In this document: positions 34,804 through 44,138 of the stretch, piece after piece | Numbering within the stretch: position 1 is the stretch's first letter | Layout of the letters: each line of letters opens with the position of its first letter | DNA from: an uncultured bacterium | GTDB taxonomy: Bacteria > Bipolaricaulota > Bipolaricaulia > UBA7950 > UBA9294 | Length of the DNA stretch: 45,822 nt | NCBI GenBank assembly: GCA_903839615.1 | Contig: CAIMCX010000039.1 | Coordinates: forward strand, 1 to 45,822 | Direction: 5' to 3' | Notes under the pieces: generated by a model | What the model was told of the DNA's origin: nothing | Seen by the model: the letters and a program-made list of their open reading frames with translations, nothing else | The model's database searches: none | Position numbers and translations under genes: made by a program

Positions 34804-37800
34804 ATGAGTACGACGTGCCGGCGCGTCCTCGCGCTTGTTGGGCTCGTGGTCGGATTCGCGTCGCTCGCAGCGGCGGCGTTGCCGGGGTTCTCAGACCGCA
34901 ATATCGCGGCGGGCAACCTCGACCCGACCGACACGATCGAGGTTCAGGAGATCCACATCACTCGCGGGAGCGAGACCGTGACATTGAACGCGGTCACCGT
35001 TCAGAACATGGGCACCGCGGGTGACGGGGTGATCGATCGAATCGCTGTCGTGGACGGAGGCGTGGTCCTTGGAGAAACGACGGCGATTTCCGGCCTCGCG
35101 ACGGGGATCACGATCGACCTCTCCGGCTACAACATGACGAACACCACCGAGGACCTCAAGATCTATGTCACGGTGGGGACGGCGGTTGTAGGCGGCGAGA
35201 CGGTCAACCTGCGGACTCGCGTGCACTACGTCTCAAACGGCTCGAGTTACACCTCTGCGTGGATCAGCGATCTGACAGGAGAGACGATCCGGAACGGCGG
35301 CTTCGACGTCATTGACGACAACTCACCCGACGCGGGGTTCTTCAATCCGAGCGACACAGGCATCGTCCAGGTGTCGACGTTCTCAGACAACGATGCGAAC
35401 GGCAGTTCGGTATTCTGGACCCAGACGGGGTCACAGACGATCGTGAAGGTTGAGAACCTCGGTACGGCAGGGCAGAGCGACATCGACACGGTCACGGTGG
35501 CGATTCGATCTGGGAGTACCACGTGGACGGTGGCAGGGACCCCATGGCCAGCCACCGGCGGCGTGTCGCTTGCCTGGAACGCGTTCGGCATGTCATCTGA
35601 CGGGCAGGCCGTGCCAGACAACGGGAGTCTGACGGTGACGGTCACGATGACGTTCAAAGCGCAGAACTTCGTCACCGACGGTCGCACGATCCACACCAAA
35701 GTGACGCTCTACGTTAAGGAAACAGGCCAGTCCGGCGCCGGCGTGGTCGGACAGGCCGTGAGCTACGAGCAGAGCGCCACGGCGGACAATACGCAGACCC
35801 TACGCAAGCAGGGATTCGAGAAGATCGTGGAAGAGAGCACGTCCCTCTCGTCGGGCACTGCGGCGACGGGCGATGTGGTGGTGCAAACGGTTCACTGTTA
35901 TGACAGCGACGCGAACTCCTACGGAGTGGCTGCGTGGAAGGTGTACATCCGCAACACCGGCACGGCGGAAGGGACGGAGATCAACCGGATCGTCGTCAAG
36001 GCGGGGGCGACCACGCTTCTCACGATTGACAACAGCGGAACGCTGCATTCCAACTTGACGAACTTCAAGACGGGGCAGTGGTACACGTTCGACTCCCCGG
36101 GACCTTACCCCGTTGCAGACGACCACGATCAGGTGTTCAAGATCTACTACACGATCGGGACTCCAGTGGACGGTCATACATTGAAACCATCCGTCCGATT
36201 CGAGGGACGCGAACCGTACGGGACGCCGCCCGGAACGCTGCCGACATCGTGGGCGACGCCGTGGACCGATACCCCAGCTGACTATCAGAGCGACGAAGTG
36301 ACCTACCCGGACACGCTGGTTCTCCACCTGCCGGGACTCGAGCTCGTGGAGAACATGACCCCGCCTTCGGGAGGAGTCGCGTACTCGGGCCAGCGGTTGT
36401 TTGCGCAGCAGATCCACGTGAAGGACCTCGACGAGCAGATCAATAACGTCGTTCTGAACCCGATCGTCGTGAAGAACATCGGCACGGCGACGAGCACGGA
36501 TGTCGTGAAGGTCGAGATCTGGCGGCAGAACACGCTCACGGGGACGGAGATCAAGCTGGGAGAGACGACGGACCTGTCAGGTTTCCGCACCGGCGGAGCG
36601 CGGATCGAGCTGACGCACGATAACGTCCTCACCGACACGGCAAGCGGAGTCGAGGCGTACCTCAATGTGTACCTCACGCTCGCCGAGCCGGAAAACATGG
36701 TGGCAGGGCGGACGATCCAGTTGGAGACCCGCGTTCTGCACACCGAGAACCTTCAAAGCTTCGACAGGATGGCGTCGAGCAATCAGTGGAGCCTGGAGAC
36801 GAACCATCGCCCGGTGCCCAGCTTCACCGTGGCGGTGGCGACGGGAACCGCGTCGGTGCAAGCCAAGGCCGATTTCACCTATGCCCAGACACTCCAGTTC
36901 ACCGGTTCAGCAACGGATGCGGACAAGGACGCGATCTCGAGTTGGCACTGGGACTTCGGCGACGGATCGACAGCCGATGTGCAGAATCCGACGCATCGCT
37001 ATCCGAATGGCGGAACGTTCACCATCACGCTGACGGTGACGGACGCCCGCGGCGTGACCGGATCAGTGTCGAAGGCGCTGACCATCCAGGGGCCGCCGAA
37101 CGTGCCGCCGACGGCGAGCTTCACCTGGACGCCTCAGGCTCCGGCGCAGGCGCAGACCGTGACGTTCACTTCGACGGTCACGGATCCTGACCAGCCGTCC
37201 GGAACGGCGTTCACGTACGCCTGGGACTTCGGGGACACCGCGACGAGCGCGGTCGCCAACCCGACGCACGCGTTTGCCAACAAGCAGACGTACACCGTGA
37301 AAGTCGTCGTAACGGACGCGCAGAGCGCTTCAGTGACAGTGGAACACACGATCTCGGTGGGTAACACACCGCCGGTCGTGGGTTCTCTCACGGCGAATAA
37401 GACGGCTCCGAGCACGGGCGAGGATGTGACCTTCACGGCCTCCAACGTGACCGACGCCGACGCAGGCGACACGATTGACCACTATCGCTGGGACTTCGGC
37501 GACGGGGCGACGAACAACGCCGGTGTCGCGACGGCGACCCACACGTTCAACGCCCCGAATACGTACACCGTGAGCGTGATTGCGGTCGACTCGCGCGGCG
37601 GAGAGAGCGCAGCCAAGACGATCTCGATCATCGTAAGCGGTCCGACGCGGGTCATTGTCTACGCGTATCCGAATCCTGCCTCCGTGAATGCGACGTTCAA
37701 CCTGCTCTTGCCGGACGGAACGACGAGTCCGATCTTGCGGATCTACCGTCTCGACGGCCGGCTGGTGTTGGAGCATGCGCTGGCTACGGGGGCGACAACG

Positions 37801-37932
37801 TACGTATGGGACCTCACTGACGACGCAGGCGACCCCGTGGGGAATGGGCTCTACTTCTGCGTTGTGACCGGAACCGCCGTGGGCGGCGGGACCGTGCGCT
37901 CTGACGTGTTCCGAGTGCTCATCACACGATAG
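34804..37932 (+). CDS. Large secreted surface/adhesin-like protein: signal peptide, four modules of about 150-175 aa, three PKD domains and a T9SS-type C-terminal domain
   Basis: ATG 34804 behind AGGAGG. Signal-like RRVLALVGLVVGFASLAAAA. The block V.N.GTA...(I/V)D...V recurs four times (TVQNMGTAGDGVIDRIAV, KVENLGTAGQSDIDTVTV, YIRNTGTAEGTEINRIVV, VVKNIGTATSTDVVKVEI). PKD and CTD domains are listed separately. Confidence 0.8.
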   Translation: MSTTCRRVLALVGLVVGFASLAAAALPGFSDRNIAAGNLDPTDTIEVQEIHITRGSETVTLNAVTVQNMGTAGDGVIDRIAVVDGGVVLGETTAISGLATGITIDLSGYNMTNTTEDLKIYVTVGTAVVGGETVNLRTRVHYVSNGSSYTSAWISDLTGETIRNGGFDVIDDNSPDAGFFNPSDTGIVQVSTFSDNDANGSSVFWTQTGSQTIVKVENLGTAGQSDIDTVTVAIRSGSTTWTVAGTPWPATGGVSLAWNAFGMSSDGQAVPDNGSLTVTVTMTFKAQNFVTDGRTIHTKVTLYVKETGQSGAGVVGQAVSYEQSATADNTQTLRKQGFEKIVEESTSLSSGTAATGDVVVQTVHCYDSDANSYGVAAWKVYIRNTGTAEGTEINRIVVKAGATTLLTIDNSGTLHSNLTNFKTGQWYTFDSPGPYPVADDHDQVFKIYYTIGTPVDGHTLKPSVRFEGREPYGTPPGTLPTSWATPWTDTPADYQSDEVTYPDTLVLHLPGLELVENMTPPSGGVAYSGQRLFAQQIHVKDLDEQINNVVLNPIVVKNIGTATSTDVVKVEIWRQNTLTGTEIKLGETTDLSGFRTGGARIELTHDNVLTDTASGVEAYLNVYLTLAEPENMVAGRTIQLETRVLHTENLQSFDRMASSNQWSLETNHRPVPSFTVAVATGTASVQAKADFTYAQTLQFTGSATDADKDAISSWHWDFGDGSTADVQNPTHRYPNGGTFTITLTVTDARGVTGSVSKALTIQGPPNVPPTASFTWTPQAPAQAQTVTFTSTVTDPDQPSGTAFTYAWDFGDTATSAVANPTHAFANKQTYTVKVVVTDAQSASVTVEHTISVGNTPPVVGSLTANKTAPSTGEDVTFTASNVTDADAGDTIDHYRWDFGDGATNNAGVATATHTFNAPNTYTVSVIAVDSRGGESAAKTISIIVSGPTRVIVYAYPNPASVNATFNLLLPDGTTSPILRIYRLDGRLVLEHALATGATTYVWDLTDDAGDPVGNGLYFCVVTGTAVGGGTVRSDVFRVLITR
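36871..37641 (+). repeat. Three tandem PKD domains (protein-level repeats)
   Basis: WHWDFGDGSTADVQNPTHRY..GTFTITLTVTDARG, YAWDFGDTATSAVANPTHAF...TYTVKVVVTDAQ, YRWDFGDGATNN...ATHTF..PNTYTVSVIAVDSRG. Confidence 0.85.
37648..37929 (+). other. T9SS-type (Por secretion tail / FlgD-Ig-like) C-terminal sorting domain
   Basis: AYPNPASVNATFNLLL....ILRIYRLDGRLV......G...YVWDLTDDAGDPVGNGLYFCVV......FRVLITR fits the YPNPa...iyd..Gr.v....G.....Wd....g..l..GvYf pattern. Confidence 0.6.
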
Positions 37933-37944
37933 GGAGGGGACGAC

Positions 37945-38898
37945 ATGAAACGGACACACGTGGTTCTCGGAGTGGCCCTCCTCATCGCGGGGCTGGGCCT
38001 CGGGGCCGCGAGCGAAATGGCGTCGACGGTGCTCGACATTGCGCCCGGCGTGGGCCAGATGGGCGCCGGAGGCGCGGGCATCGCGGTGGTGCGGGGCGCC
38101 GAGACGGTCTACTACAACCCGGCTGGGCTGGCCGAGCTCCCGGGGATCAGCTTCAGCTCGTTCTACGCCTCGCACATGGGGGTGGCGAACTACACGGCCT
38201 TCTCCCTCGCGTTGCGGGGATTCGCCATTGCGGCAGAGCTCTACGACTCGGGGAGCATTCCGGGGTACGACTCGGCAGGGAATCCGACGACCAACCTGTC
38301 GTACTCGAGCTCGGCGTACATGTTCGGCTTCGGCGTCGACCCGTCGATGTTCTCATTCCTGCCGAAGATGCCGATTGCGTTCTCTCTCGGCGGACTGCTG
38401 AAGGGGGTCTCATCGACGATCGCAGACGTGTCGGGGAGCGGGTTCGCATTCGATCTGTCGTTTCGGATGGACATCCCCCCGATGTCGCTGGGGCCGCTCG
38501 CTATCACCGATGCAGCGTTCGGAGTGACGCTCCAGAATCTGTTCGGGGGCGTCTCGTACGGCAGCACGCAAGAGACCCTGCCGATGGACATCGGCCTCGG
38601 AGCCACAGCACGCCTGTTTGGCACCGTGATGGTCGCGGCCGACCTTCACCTCGCAGGGTCAGTTGCGTTCGGGATCACGTACGAGCCGGTGCCGACGTTG
38701 GCTCTTCGCTTGGGGGTCCTGAGCAAGGGTCAGACCTCCCTTACCGCCGGCGTGGGCCTGAACGTGCAGGGGTTCCTGATCGACTACGCGTTCGTGTCCG
38801 GCGCGGTCGGACCGACGCACCGCATCGGCCTGACGCTCGACTTCTCGGCGCTCGATCTCGGCGCGCTCGGAAGCACGCTGCGGAGGATCCTGCCGTAG
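37945..38898 (+). CDS. PorV/PorQ-family-like outer-membrane beta-barrel protein
   Basis: Signal peptide. LDIAPGVGQMGAGGAGIAVVRGAETVYYNPAGLAEL resembles the PorV/PorQ N-terminal block. The rest is alternating Gly/aromatic-rich beta-strand sequence. It lies 12 nt after the CTD-bearing gene. Confidence 0.55.
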   Translation: MKRTHVVLGVALLIAGLGLGAASEMASTVLDIAPGVGQMGAGGAGIAVVRGAETVYYNPAGLAELPGISFSSFYASHMGVANYTAFSLALRGFAIAAELYDSGSIPGYDSAGNPTTNLSYSSSAYMFGFGVDPSMFSFLPKMPIAFSLGGLLKGVSSTIADVSGSGFAFDLSFRMDIPPMSLGPLAITDAAFGVTLQNLFGGVSYGSTQETLPMDIGLGATARLFGTVMVAADLHLAGSVAFGITYEPVPTLALRLGVLSKGQTSLTAGVGLNVQGFLIDYAFVSGAVGPTHRIGLTLDFSALDLGALGSTLRRILP

Positions 38899-38924
38899 GA
38901 ACGAACTGGGCGTGATGGGAAGGT

Positions 38925-38958
38925 GGGGCGCCGCTCCGGCGGCGCCTCGTCGTTTGTT
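38925..38958 (+). terminator. Putative rho-independent terminator after the PorV/PorQ-like gene
   Basis: GGGGCGCCGC-TCCG-GCGGCGCCTC (10 bp including one G-U pair) followed by GTCGTTTGTT. Confidence 0.5.
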
Positions 38959-38972
38959 CGCTCCCGTTTTGC

Positions 38973-40184
38973 CTACGGTAGAGGGAAGCCCCACTCCGCA
39001 GCGAGCGCCTCGAAACGATCGTTGGCAATCGCGGTGCGGATGTCGTCCAAGAGCCGCACCAGGAATCGCAAGTTGTGGATGGTCGCTAAGCGGTAGTACG
39101 CGAGTTCGCCCGATCGGCACAGGTGCTGCAGGTAGGCGCGGGAGTGGGCGCTGCACGTCGGGCAATCACAGGCGGGATCGATCGGGCGCTCGTCGGTGCG
39201 GAACGCCGCGTTGCGAAGATGGATCCGGTGCCGCGGCGCGTCGCGCAGGAACACGCTTCCATTCCTCGCCATGCGCGTGGGCGCGGCGCAATCGAATGTA
39301 TCGACGCCCCGCGCCACGGCGGCGAACATGTCCTCGAGCTCGCCGATTCCGAGAAGGTGACGCGGCTTCTCTGGCGGCAATGCGGGGACCGTCCAGTCGA
39401 GGACCCGCCACATGTCGTCCTTGGAGCGGCCGAGTGAGCCCCCGATGGCGAAGCCGTCGAATCCCATGTCGGCGATGACGCGCGCGCTCTCCCGACGGAG
39501 ATCCTCGTACGCCCCGCCCTGAACGATGCCGAAGAGCTCCTGGTCTGGGTTCGGAAAGGCCGGATCATTGGCGAGAAGATGGAATGCGCCGCGAGCACGG
39601 CGAGCCCAACGATGAGTGCGCGCCATTGCGGCGCGTGTGTAGGCGTGATCGTGAATGGGTGAGGTGCACTCGTCGAGCGGGAGGATGATGTCGGCTCCGA
39701 GCTTGCGCTCGGTGAGGATGACTGACTCCGGTGTGAACGTGTGCTCGGACCCGTCAACGACTGACCGGAACCACGCGCCATCCTCCGACAGGCGCACGAG
39801 CGAGGCGCCTCCAACGGGTCGAGGCGCAGGCTCCTCGCCCGGGAAGATGGATGCCACCTTCCCGACGCCGTGGACCTTCCCCGCTCCGAGACTGAAGACC
39901 TGGAACCCGCCCGAGTCAGTCATGGTTGGGCCGTGCCAGCCCGAGAAGCCGTGCAAGCCTCCGAGGGCGGCAATGACATCCTCGCCGGGACGGAGGTGGA
40001 GGTGGTACGAGTTCGCGATGAGCAGCTCGAGTCCGAGGGACGCGAGGACCCCTGGCTCCACGCCCTTCACCGACGCGCGCGTGGCGACGGCGACGAAGGC
40101 CGGCGTGCGGACCGCGCCGTGGGCCGTGACCAGCTCGCCCGTGCGCGCAGGTAGATGACTGGATCGAGAGAATCCTTGGAACAT
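38973..40184 (-). CDS. tgt: Queuine tRNA-ribosyltransferase (tRNA-guanine transglycosylase)
   Basis: T.HG.V.TP.F..V.T...VKG, TDSGGFQVFSLG, Zn site CDCPTCSAHSRAYLQHL. Confidence 0.95.
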   Translation of the reverse strand: MFQGFSRSSHLPARTGELVTAHGAVRTPAFVAVATRASVKGVEPGVLASLGLELLIANSYHLHLRPGEDVIAALGGLHGFSGWHGPTMTDSGGFQVFSLGAGKVHGVGKVASIFPGEEPAPRPVGGASLVRLSEDGAWFRSVVDGSEHTFTPESVILTERKLGADIILPLDECTSPIHDHAYTRAAMARTHRWARRARGAFHLLANDPAFPNPDQELFGIVQGGAYEDLRRESARVIADMGFDGFAIGGSLGRSKDDMWRVLDWTVPALPPEKPRHLLGIGELEDMFAAVARGVDTFDCAAPTRMARNGSVFLRDAPRHRIHLRNAAFRTDERPIDPACDCPTCSAHSRAYLQHLCRSGELAYYRLATIHNLRFLVRLLDDIRTAIANDRFEALAAEWGFPLP

Positions 40185-40240
40185 GGCTGTACCGGGCTTC
40201 CGGTTACGCCGAAGACTCTACTCGATGCCACGGGGGCGAG

Positions 40241-41293
40241 CTAGTACGTGTAGGAGACCCCGAGGACCCGATACAGCGCGCGATAGTCGTTCGACGGCTC
40301 CCAGAAAAGGTACCCGTCCGCGCCACACTCCTTGGCCGCCTGGATCTCCGCTGCAATGTACGCGTCGAGCGTCATCCCCGCCGGGATGTCCAGGTCGAAG
40401 ACCTGGAGGAACGGACGGATCGCCGTGTGGGTCCGCTTCTTGCCCGTGGTCAGAGCATCCTTCACGACGAGGTATGGGCCGTCTTTGTACTTCTGCTCCG
40501 TGTAGTGTGACGGGTAGAGCATCGGAGATACACAGTCGAGGTGGGCGGACATGTCCTCGAGCGACTGCCCGATCGGGTCGGTCCGCTTGGCGTTCCAGTC
40601 CCACATGACGCGTCCGAACAGGTCGGCCGAGAGGGTGATGTGCTGCCCAATGGCTGCTTCGACCTGTGTCAGGAAGGAATCGACTGCAGCGTAGCGCGAT
40701 GCGTAGCCGCTGGCAAGGCCGCCGCCGTCGGCGAAGCGGATGTAGTCGAACTGCAACTCGTCGAATCCCAGCGTCGCGACTTCCTGCGCGATGGCCAGGT
40801 TATAGGCGACGGCCGTCGCGTCGGTTGCCGGGACCCAACCATTCGCATACCCGAGATGCGCTGCCAAGAGCGGATCGTTGAACACGACCTGCCTCGCGAT
40901 CACATAGAAGCCTTGGGCGTGCAAGATCGGGATCAGTTTCTTGAAGTCAAGAAGGGACGTGGCGGCTCCGATTGCCTTGGCCAGCGGGACGGCGGTCGCG
41001 TAGGAGATCGTGCCGTGGTTGTCCTTGATGTTGATGACGACGGCATCGATCTTGCCCGCCTTTCGTGCTTCGAGCACGCCGCGCAGGATGTCCTCGCTGA
41101 GGACGCCGTAGGCCGTGAGGTAGACGCCGACGCGGCCGTGCGCAGTCCGGGTAAGAGCAGGCGACGATAGGGTCTTGACGGCCTGTGCGGACGGAGCCGC
41201 GGGAGCCGTGCCGCGCTCCGCTGCAACGAGGGACACGACGAGAATGGCGGCGGCCGACAAGACGAGGCAGAGGATTCTCTTTGGGCGTTGCAT
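40241..41293 (-). CDS. Secreted putative glycoside hydrolase-like TIM-barrel protein (DUF4015/COG1306-like)
   Basis: Signal peptide. GVYLTAYG...IDAVVINIKDNHGTISY...GFYVIARQVVFNDP....GFDELQFDYIRF resembles the DUF4015 putative glycosyl hydrolase family. This is a by-eye call. Confidence 0.6.
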   Translation of the reverse strand: MQRPKRILCLVLSAAAILVVSLVAAERGTAPAAPSAQAVKTLSSPALTRTAHGRVGVYLTAYGVLSEDILRGVLEARKAGKIDAVVINIKDNHGTISYATAVPLAKAIGAATSLLDFKKLIPILHAQGFYVIARQVVFNDPLLAAHLGYANGWVPATDATAVAYNLAIAQEVATLGFDELQFDYIRFADGGGLASGYASRYAAVDSFLTQVEAAIGQHITLSADLFGRVMWDWNAKRTDPIGQSLEDMSAHLDCVSPMLYPSHYTEQKYKDGPYLVVKDALTTGKKRTHTAIRPFLQVFDLDIPAGMTLDAYIAAEIQAAKECGADGYLFWEPSNDYRALYRVLGVSYTY

Positions 41294-41462
41294 GACAGGA
41301 CTCTAGCAGCGGCCGGCTGGAGCGAAGATCCACCCGGTCCGGCGGCGAAGGGACGTTCGGCACGTCGGACGCAGGGGCTCGCTTCACACGCTCTTCACGC
41401 GGTTGCCACACGGGCGATAGGGGAGATGCGGATGATGGGAGAGGCTGAGCAGGGTCCAACGA

Positions 41463-41492
41463 TTGCCGTTGCGACGTCGTGTCCGCTAGTAT
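41463..41492 (+). promoter_or_regulatory. Candidate promoter for the NosD-like/DUF192 gene
   Basis: TTGCCG (41463-41468), 18-nt spacer, TAGTAT (41487-41492). SD AAAAGGAG lies before ATG 41558. Confidence 0.3.
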
Positions 41493-41557
41493 GCTGTTGC
41501 TGTCTCGCGCGTGAGATCCGGGTGGCTTTCCGCGCGGGTCGAAAAGGAGTCTGACGC

Positions 41558-43453
41558 ATGAAACGGTTTCTCTCATTGCTCTTGCTTGCAGGGGCCTCAG
41601 TCGTTCTCCTCTCGGGAAGTGCGCTCGGTCGAGGGCCGATCAGCATCCTGAGTGACGCGGACTTCACCGCGGAGAACGGCGTTGCCGGCGGGACCGGCAC
41701 GGCCGACGACCCGTACTTGATTGCCGGTGCCGACGTGGTTGCAGGGACGAGCGACGTGTACGGGGTGCGGATCGAGAACACCCACGCGTCGTTCGTCTTG
41801 CGCGGTGTGATTGTGGAGAACGCTGCGGACGCCAACGGCGCCGCGATTCGTCTCGCGTTCGTGTCGAACGGGAGGCTGGAAGGGTGCACCGTCTCGGGTT
41901 CGGTGAACGGGATCGAGATTGTCTCGTCCCCGGGGATCGTGATGCGCACCTGCGTCCTGTCAACGACTGGACTGGGATTGCGGGTCACCGGAGACTCGGC
42001 CGGGCAGTTCCATGAGGACATCGACACGTCGAACCTTCTGAATAACAAGGAGATCTACTACTACTACGGACTGGACGGCGCGACGATCTCCGGGCTCTCG
42101 ACCGCGCACCTCACGGTCGCCGACAGCCGCAACGTGACCATCACGGGGAACGAGGTCGTCAACGGCGACGGTATCCGGCTAGCCTACGTTGCGCATTCCA
42201 CCGTGTCCAAGAACTCGGTGTATCGCACCTCGCCGGTTCGAACCGAGCACGGGGTCTTTCTCCTCCAGTCGAACGACAACACGGTCGAGTCGAATCTGCT
42301 TCAGAACAACCGACTCGCCGGCGTGCAACTGACCCTGTCTTCGCGCAATGTCGTTCGCGACAATCAGCTTAAGGCCAACGACTCCGGCATTCGCCTCGTC
42401 TCGTCGGACGACAACCAGATCTCCGGCAACTTCCTCTACGCAAACGTCTCGGGAATCCTCTTGTCGAGCGCGTCGAACGGAAACACCGTGTCCGAGAACG
42501 CGATTGATCACGAGAACACGAAGCTGGGCATCTCGATTGAGCAGGCGGATGGGAACCGGATCGAGCGAAACTGCCTGACCAACTGCGAAGTAGCGATCTC
42601 ATTGAGCGACCAGGCCACCGGAAACGTCATCGAATCGAACACCCTCGTCAAGGGCGCCTACGGCGTCCAGCTGTCCGGGAGCTACAACTGGATCCTCAAG
42701 AACCTGATTGCTCAAGAGTCGCGCGGCATCCTGTGCCCGGAGACCTACGCGCGGTCGGTGACTCGCGGCAACGAGATCCGCGGCAACGTGTTCACGGACG
42801 ACAGTCAGGATGTGTATCTCAACCTGGACTCGACGGCGAACCACGTTGGGGAGAACGCCTTTCTCGGCGAGGGACCGACGCTCGTCGCGGACAACGGGAC
42901 CGGCAACTCCTGGACCATCGCCGGCGTCGGCAACTTCTGGGGAACCGCCGCGATCATCGACGCGAACGGCGATGGGGTCGGCGACACTCCGATTGCAGTG
43001 TATCCCTCGAATGCCACGGACAACGCCCCGCGAGCTTCGTGGAGCCCGGCGGGCTCCGGAATGGGCGTATTGGGCACTCTGACCTCGGAGGGCGTGACGA
43101 TCACGAACGCGACGGGAGGATCCATCCAGGTGAGCGTCCTTGTGGCCGACAGCGACATCGATCGCTGGACCGGCTTCCGCGCCTTTCCGGGCGCCTACGC
43201 CGAACGATATCCCGGGATCCTGTTCAAGTTCGACACGGAGTCGCGGGTTCAGTTCACGATGCAGACCGTGCTGTACGACCTCGACATCGCCTTCTTCGCT
43301 GCGGATGGGACGTTCGCCGGAGGGACGACGATGAAGGCCAACAGCACGGATGTCTACGGCGCCTCGGGACCGTTCCAGTACGCGATCGAGCTTCCCTCGG
43401 GGACATTGGCTCGCCTCGGCATCAGTGACGGCGCGAAGCTGGTCCTGCCCTAA
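41558..43453 (+). CDS. Secreted NosD-like right-handed beta-helix protein fused to a C-terminal DUF192-like domain
   Basis: Signal peptide. More than 10 parallel beta-helix repeats (N.V..N.......GI.L). NosD-type motif GNFWGTAAIIDANGDGVGDTPIAVYP. The C-terminal 120 aa (VLVADSDIDRWTGF....GILFKFD....FTMQTVLYDLDIAFFAADG.....YAIELPSGTLARLGISDGAKL) fit the DUF192/COG1430 pattern. Confidence 0.75.
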   Translation: MKRFLSLLLLAGASVVLLSGSALGRGPISILSDADFTAENGVAGGTGTADDPYLIAGADVVAGTSDVYGVRIENTHASFVLRGVIVENAADANGAAIRLAFVSNGRLEGCTVSGSVNGIEIVSSPGIVMRTCVLSTTGLGLRVTGDSAGQFHEDIDTSNLLNNKEIYYYYGLDGATISGLSTAHLTVADSRNVTITGNEVVNGDGIRLAYVAHSTVSKNSVYRTSPVRTEHGVFLLQSNDNTVESNLLQNNRLAGVQLTLSSRNVVRDNQLKANDSGIRLVSSDDNQISGNFLYANVSGILLSSASNGNTVSENAIDHENTKLGISIEQADGNRIERNCLTNCEVAISLSDQATGNVIESNTLVKGAYGVQLSGSYNWILKNLIAQESRGILCPETYARSVTRGNEIRGNVFTDDSQDVYLNLDSTANHVGENAFLGEGPTLVADNGTGNSWTIAGVGNFWGTAAIIDANGDGVGDTPIAVYPSNATDNAPRASWSPAGSGMGVLGTLTSEGVTITNATGGSIQVSVLVADSDIDRWTGFRAFPGAYAERYPGILFKFDTESRVQFTMQTVLYDLDIAFFAADGTFAGGTTMKANSTDVYGASGPFQYAIELPSGTLARLGISDGAKLVLP

Positions 43454-43454
43454 G

Positions 43455-44126
43455 ATGGGTGAAGGGCCGCGGAAAGCGATCTCGACCGTCGTCTTTGATC
43501 TGGATGGCACGCTCGTCCGCTACCGCGGCGTCGAATTCGAATCAAGCTGGGGAGCGATCGCCGCGGCTGCGGGCGTCGGCGATCGCTCCGAAGCTTTGCT
43601 GCGGGAGTACTTCCCGCGCAAGGATGCGTACGCCGAGTGGGTGGCCGCGGATGCGGCTCTCCTCGCCGGCGTGCCCTACGCCCGAGTTGCCGAGCGTGTG
43701 CTACCGGCGCCGTACGCTGATGGCGTCACCGAAGCAGTGCGTACGCTGCGTCGGCGCTACCGGCTGGGCATCCTCTCGTCAGGCGTCGACATCGTCGCCG
43801 AGTGGGTTCGCCGCGACCTCGGGCTGGAGTTTGCCGTGGCGAACCGGGTCCACGTGCGGGACGGCGTGTTCACCGGAACGAGCGAGACGATCGTCAGTCT
43901 GTGGGCGAAGGCCGATGCGCTGCGCCTCTTGGCCGCAGAGCGCGGAATCCCGCTTGACGAGATCTGCTTCGTTGGTGACCACGTGAACGACATCCCCGTG
44001 ATGCGCATTGTCGGGATGTCGGTCGCGGCCAATCCGAAGGACACGGCTGTGATCGAGGTCGCAGACCACGTGATCGAGCGGTTCGACGACCTGCCCCGAT
44101 TGATCGATGAGTGGGCGGGCCGCTAG
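43455..44126 (+). CDS. HAD-superfamily hydrolase (SerB/phosphatase-like, subfamily IB)
   Basis: VVFDLDGTLV (motif I), ILSSG (motif II), FVGDHVNDIPVM (motif IV). The ATG is 2 nt after the upstream stop. Confidence 0.8.
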   Translation: MGEGPRKAISTVVFDLDGTLVRYRGVEFESSWGAIAAAAGVGDRSEALLREYFPRKDAYAEWVAADAALLAGVPYARVAERVLPAPYADGVTEAVRTLRRRYRLGILSSGVDIVAEWVRRDLGLEFAVANRVHVRDGVFTGTSETIVSLWAKADALRLLAAERGIPLDEICFVGDHVNDIPVMRIVGMSVAANPKDTAVIEVADHVIERFDDLPRLIDEWAGR

Positions 44127-44138
44127 TCCGCGCGTGGC

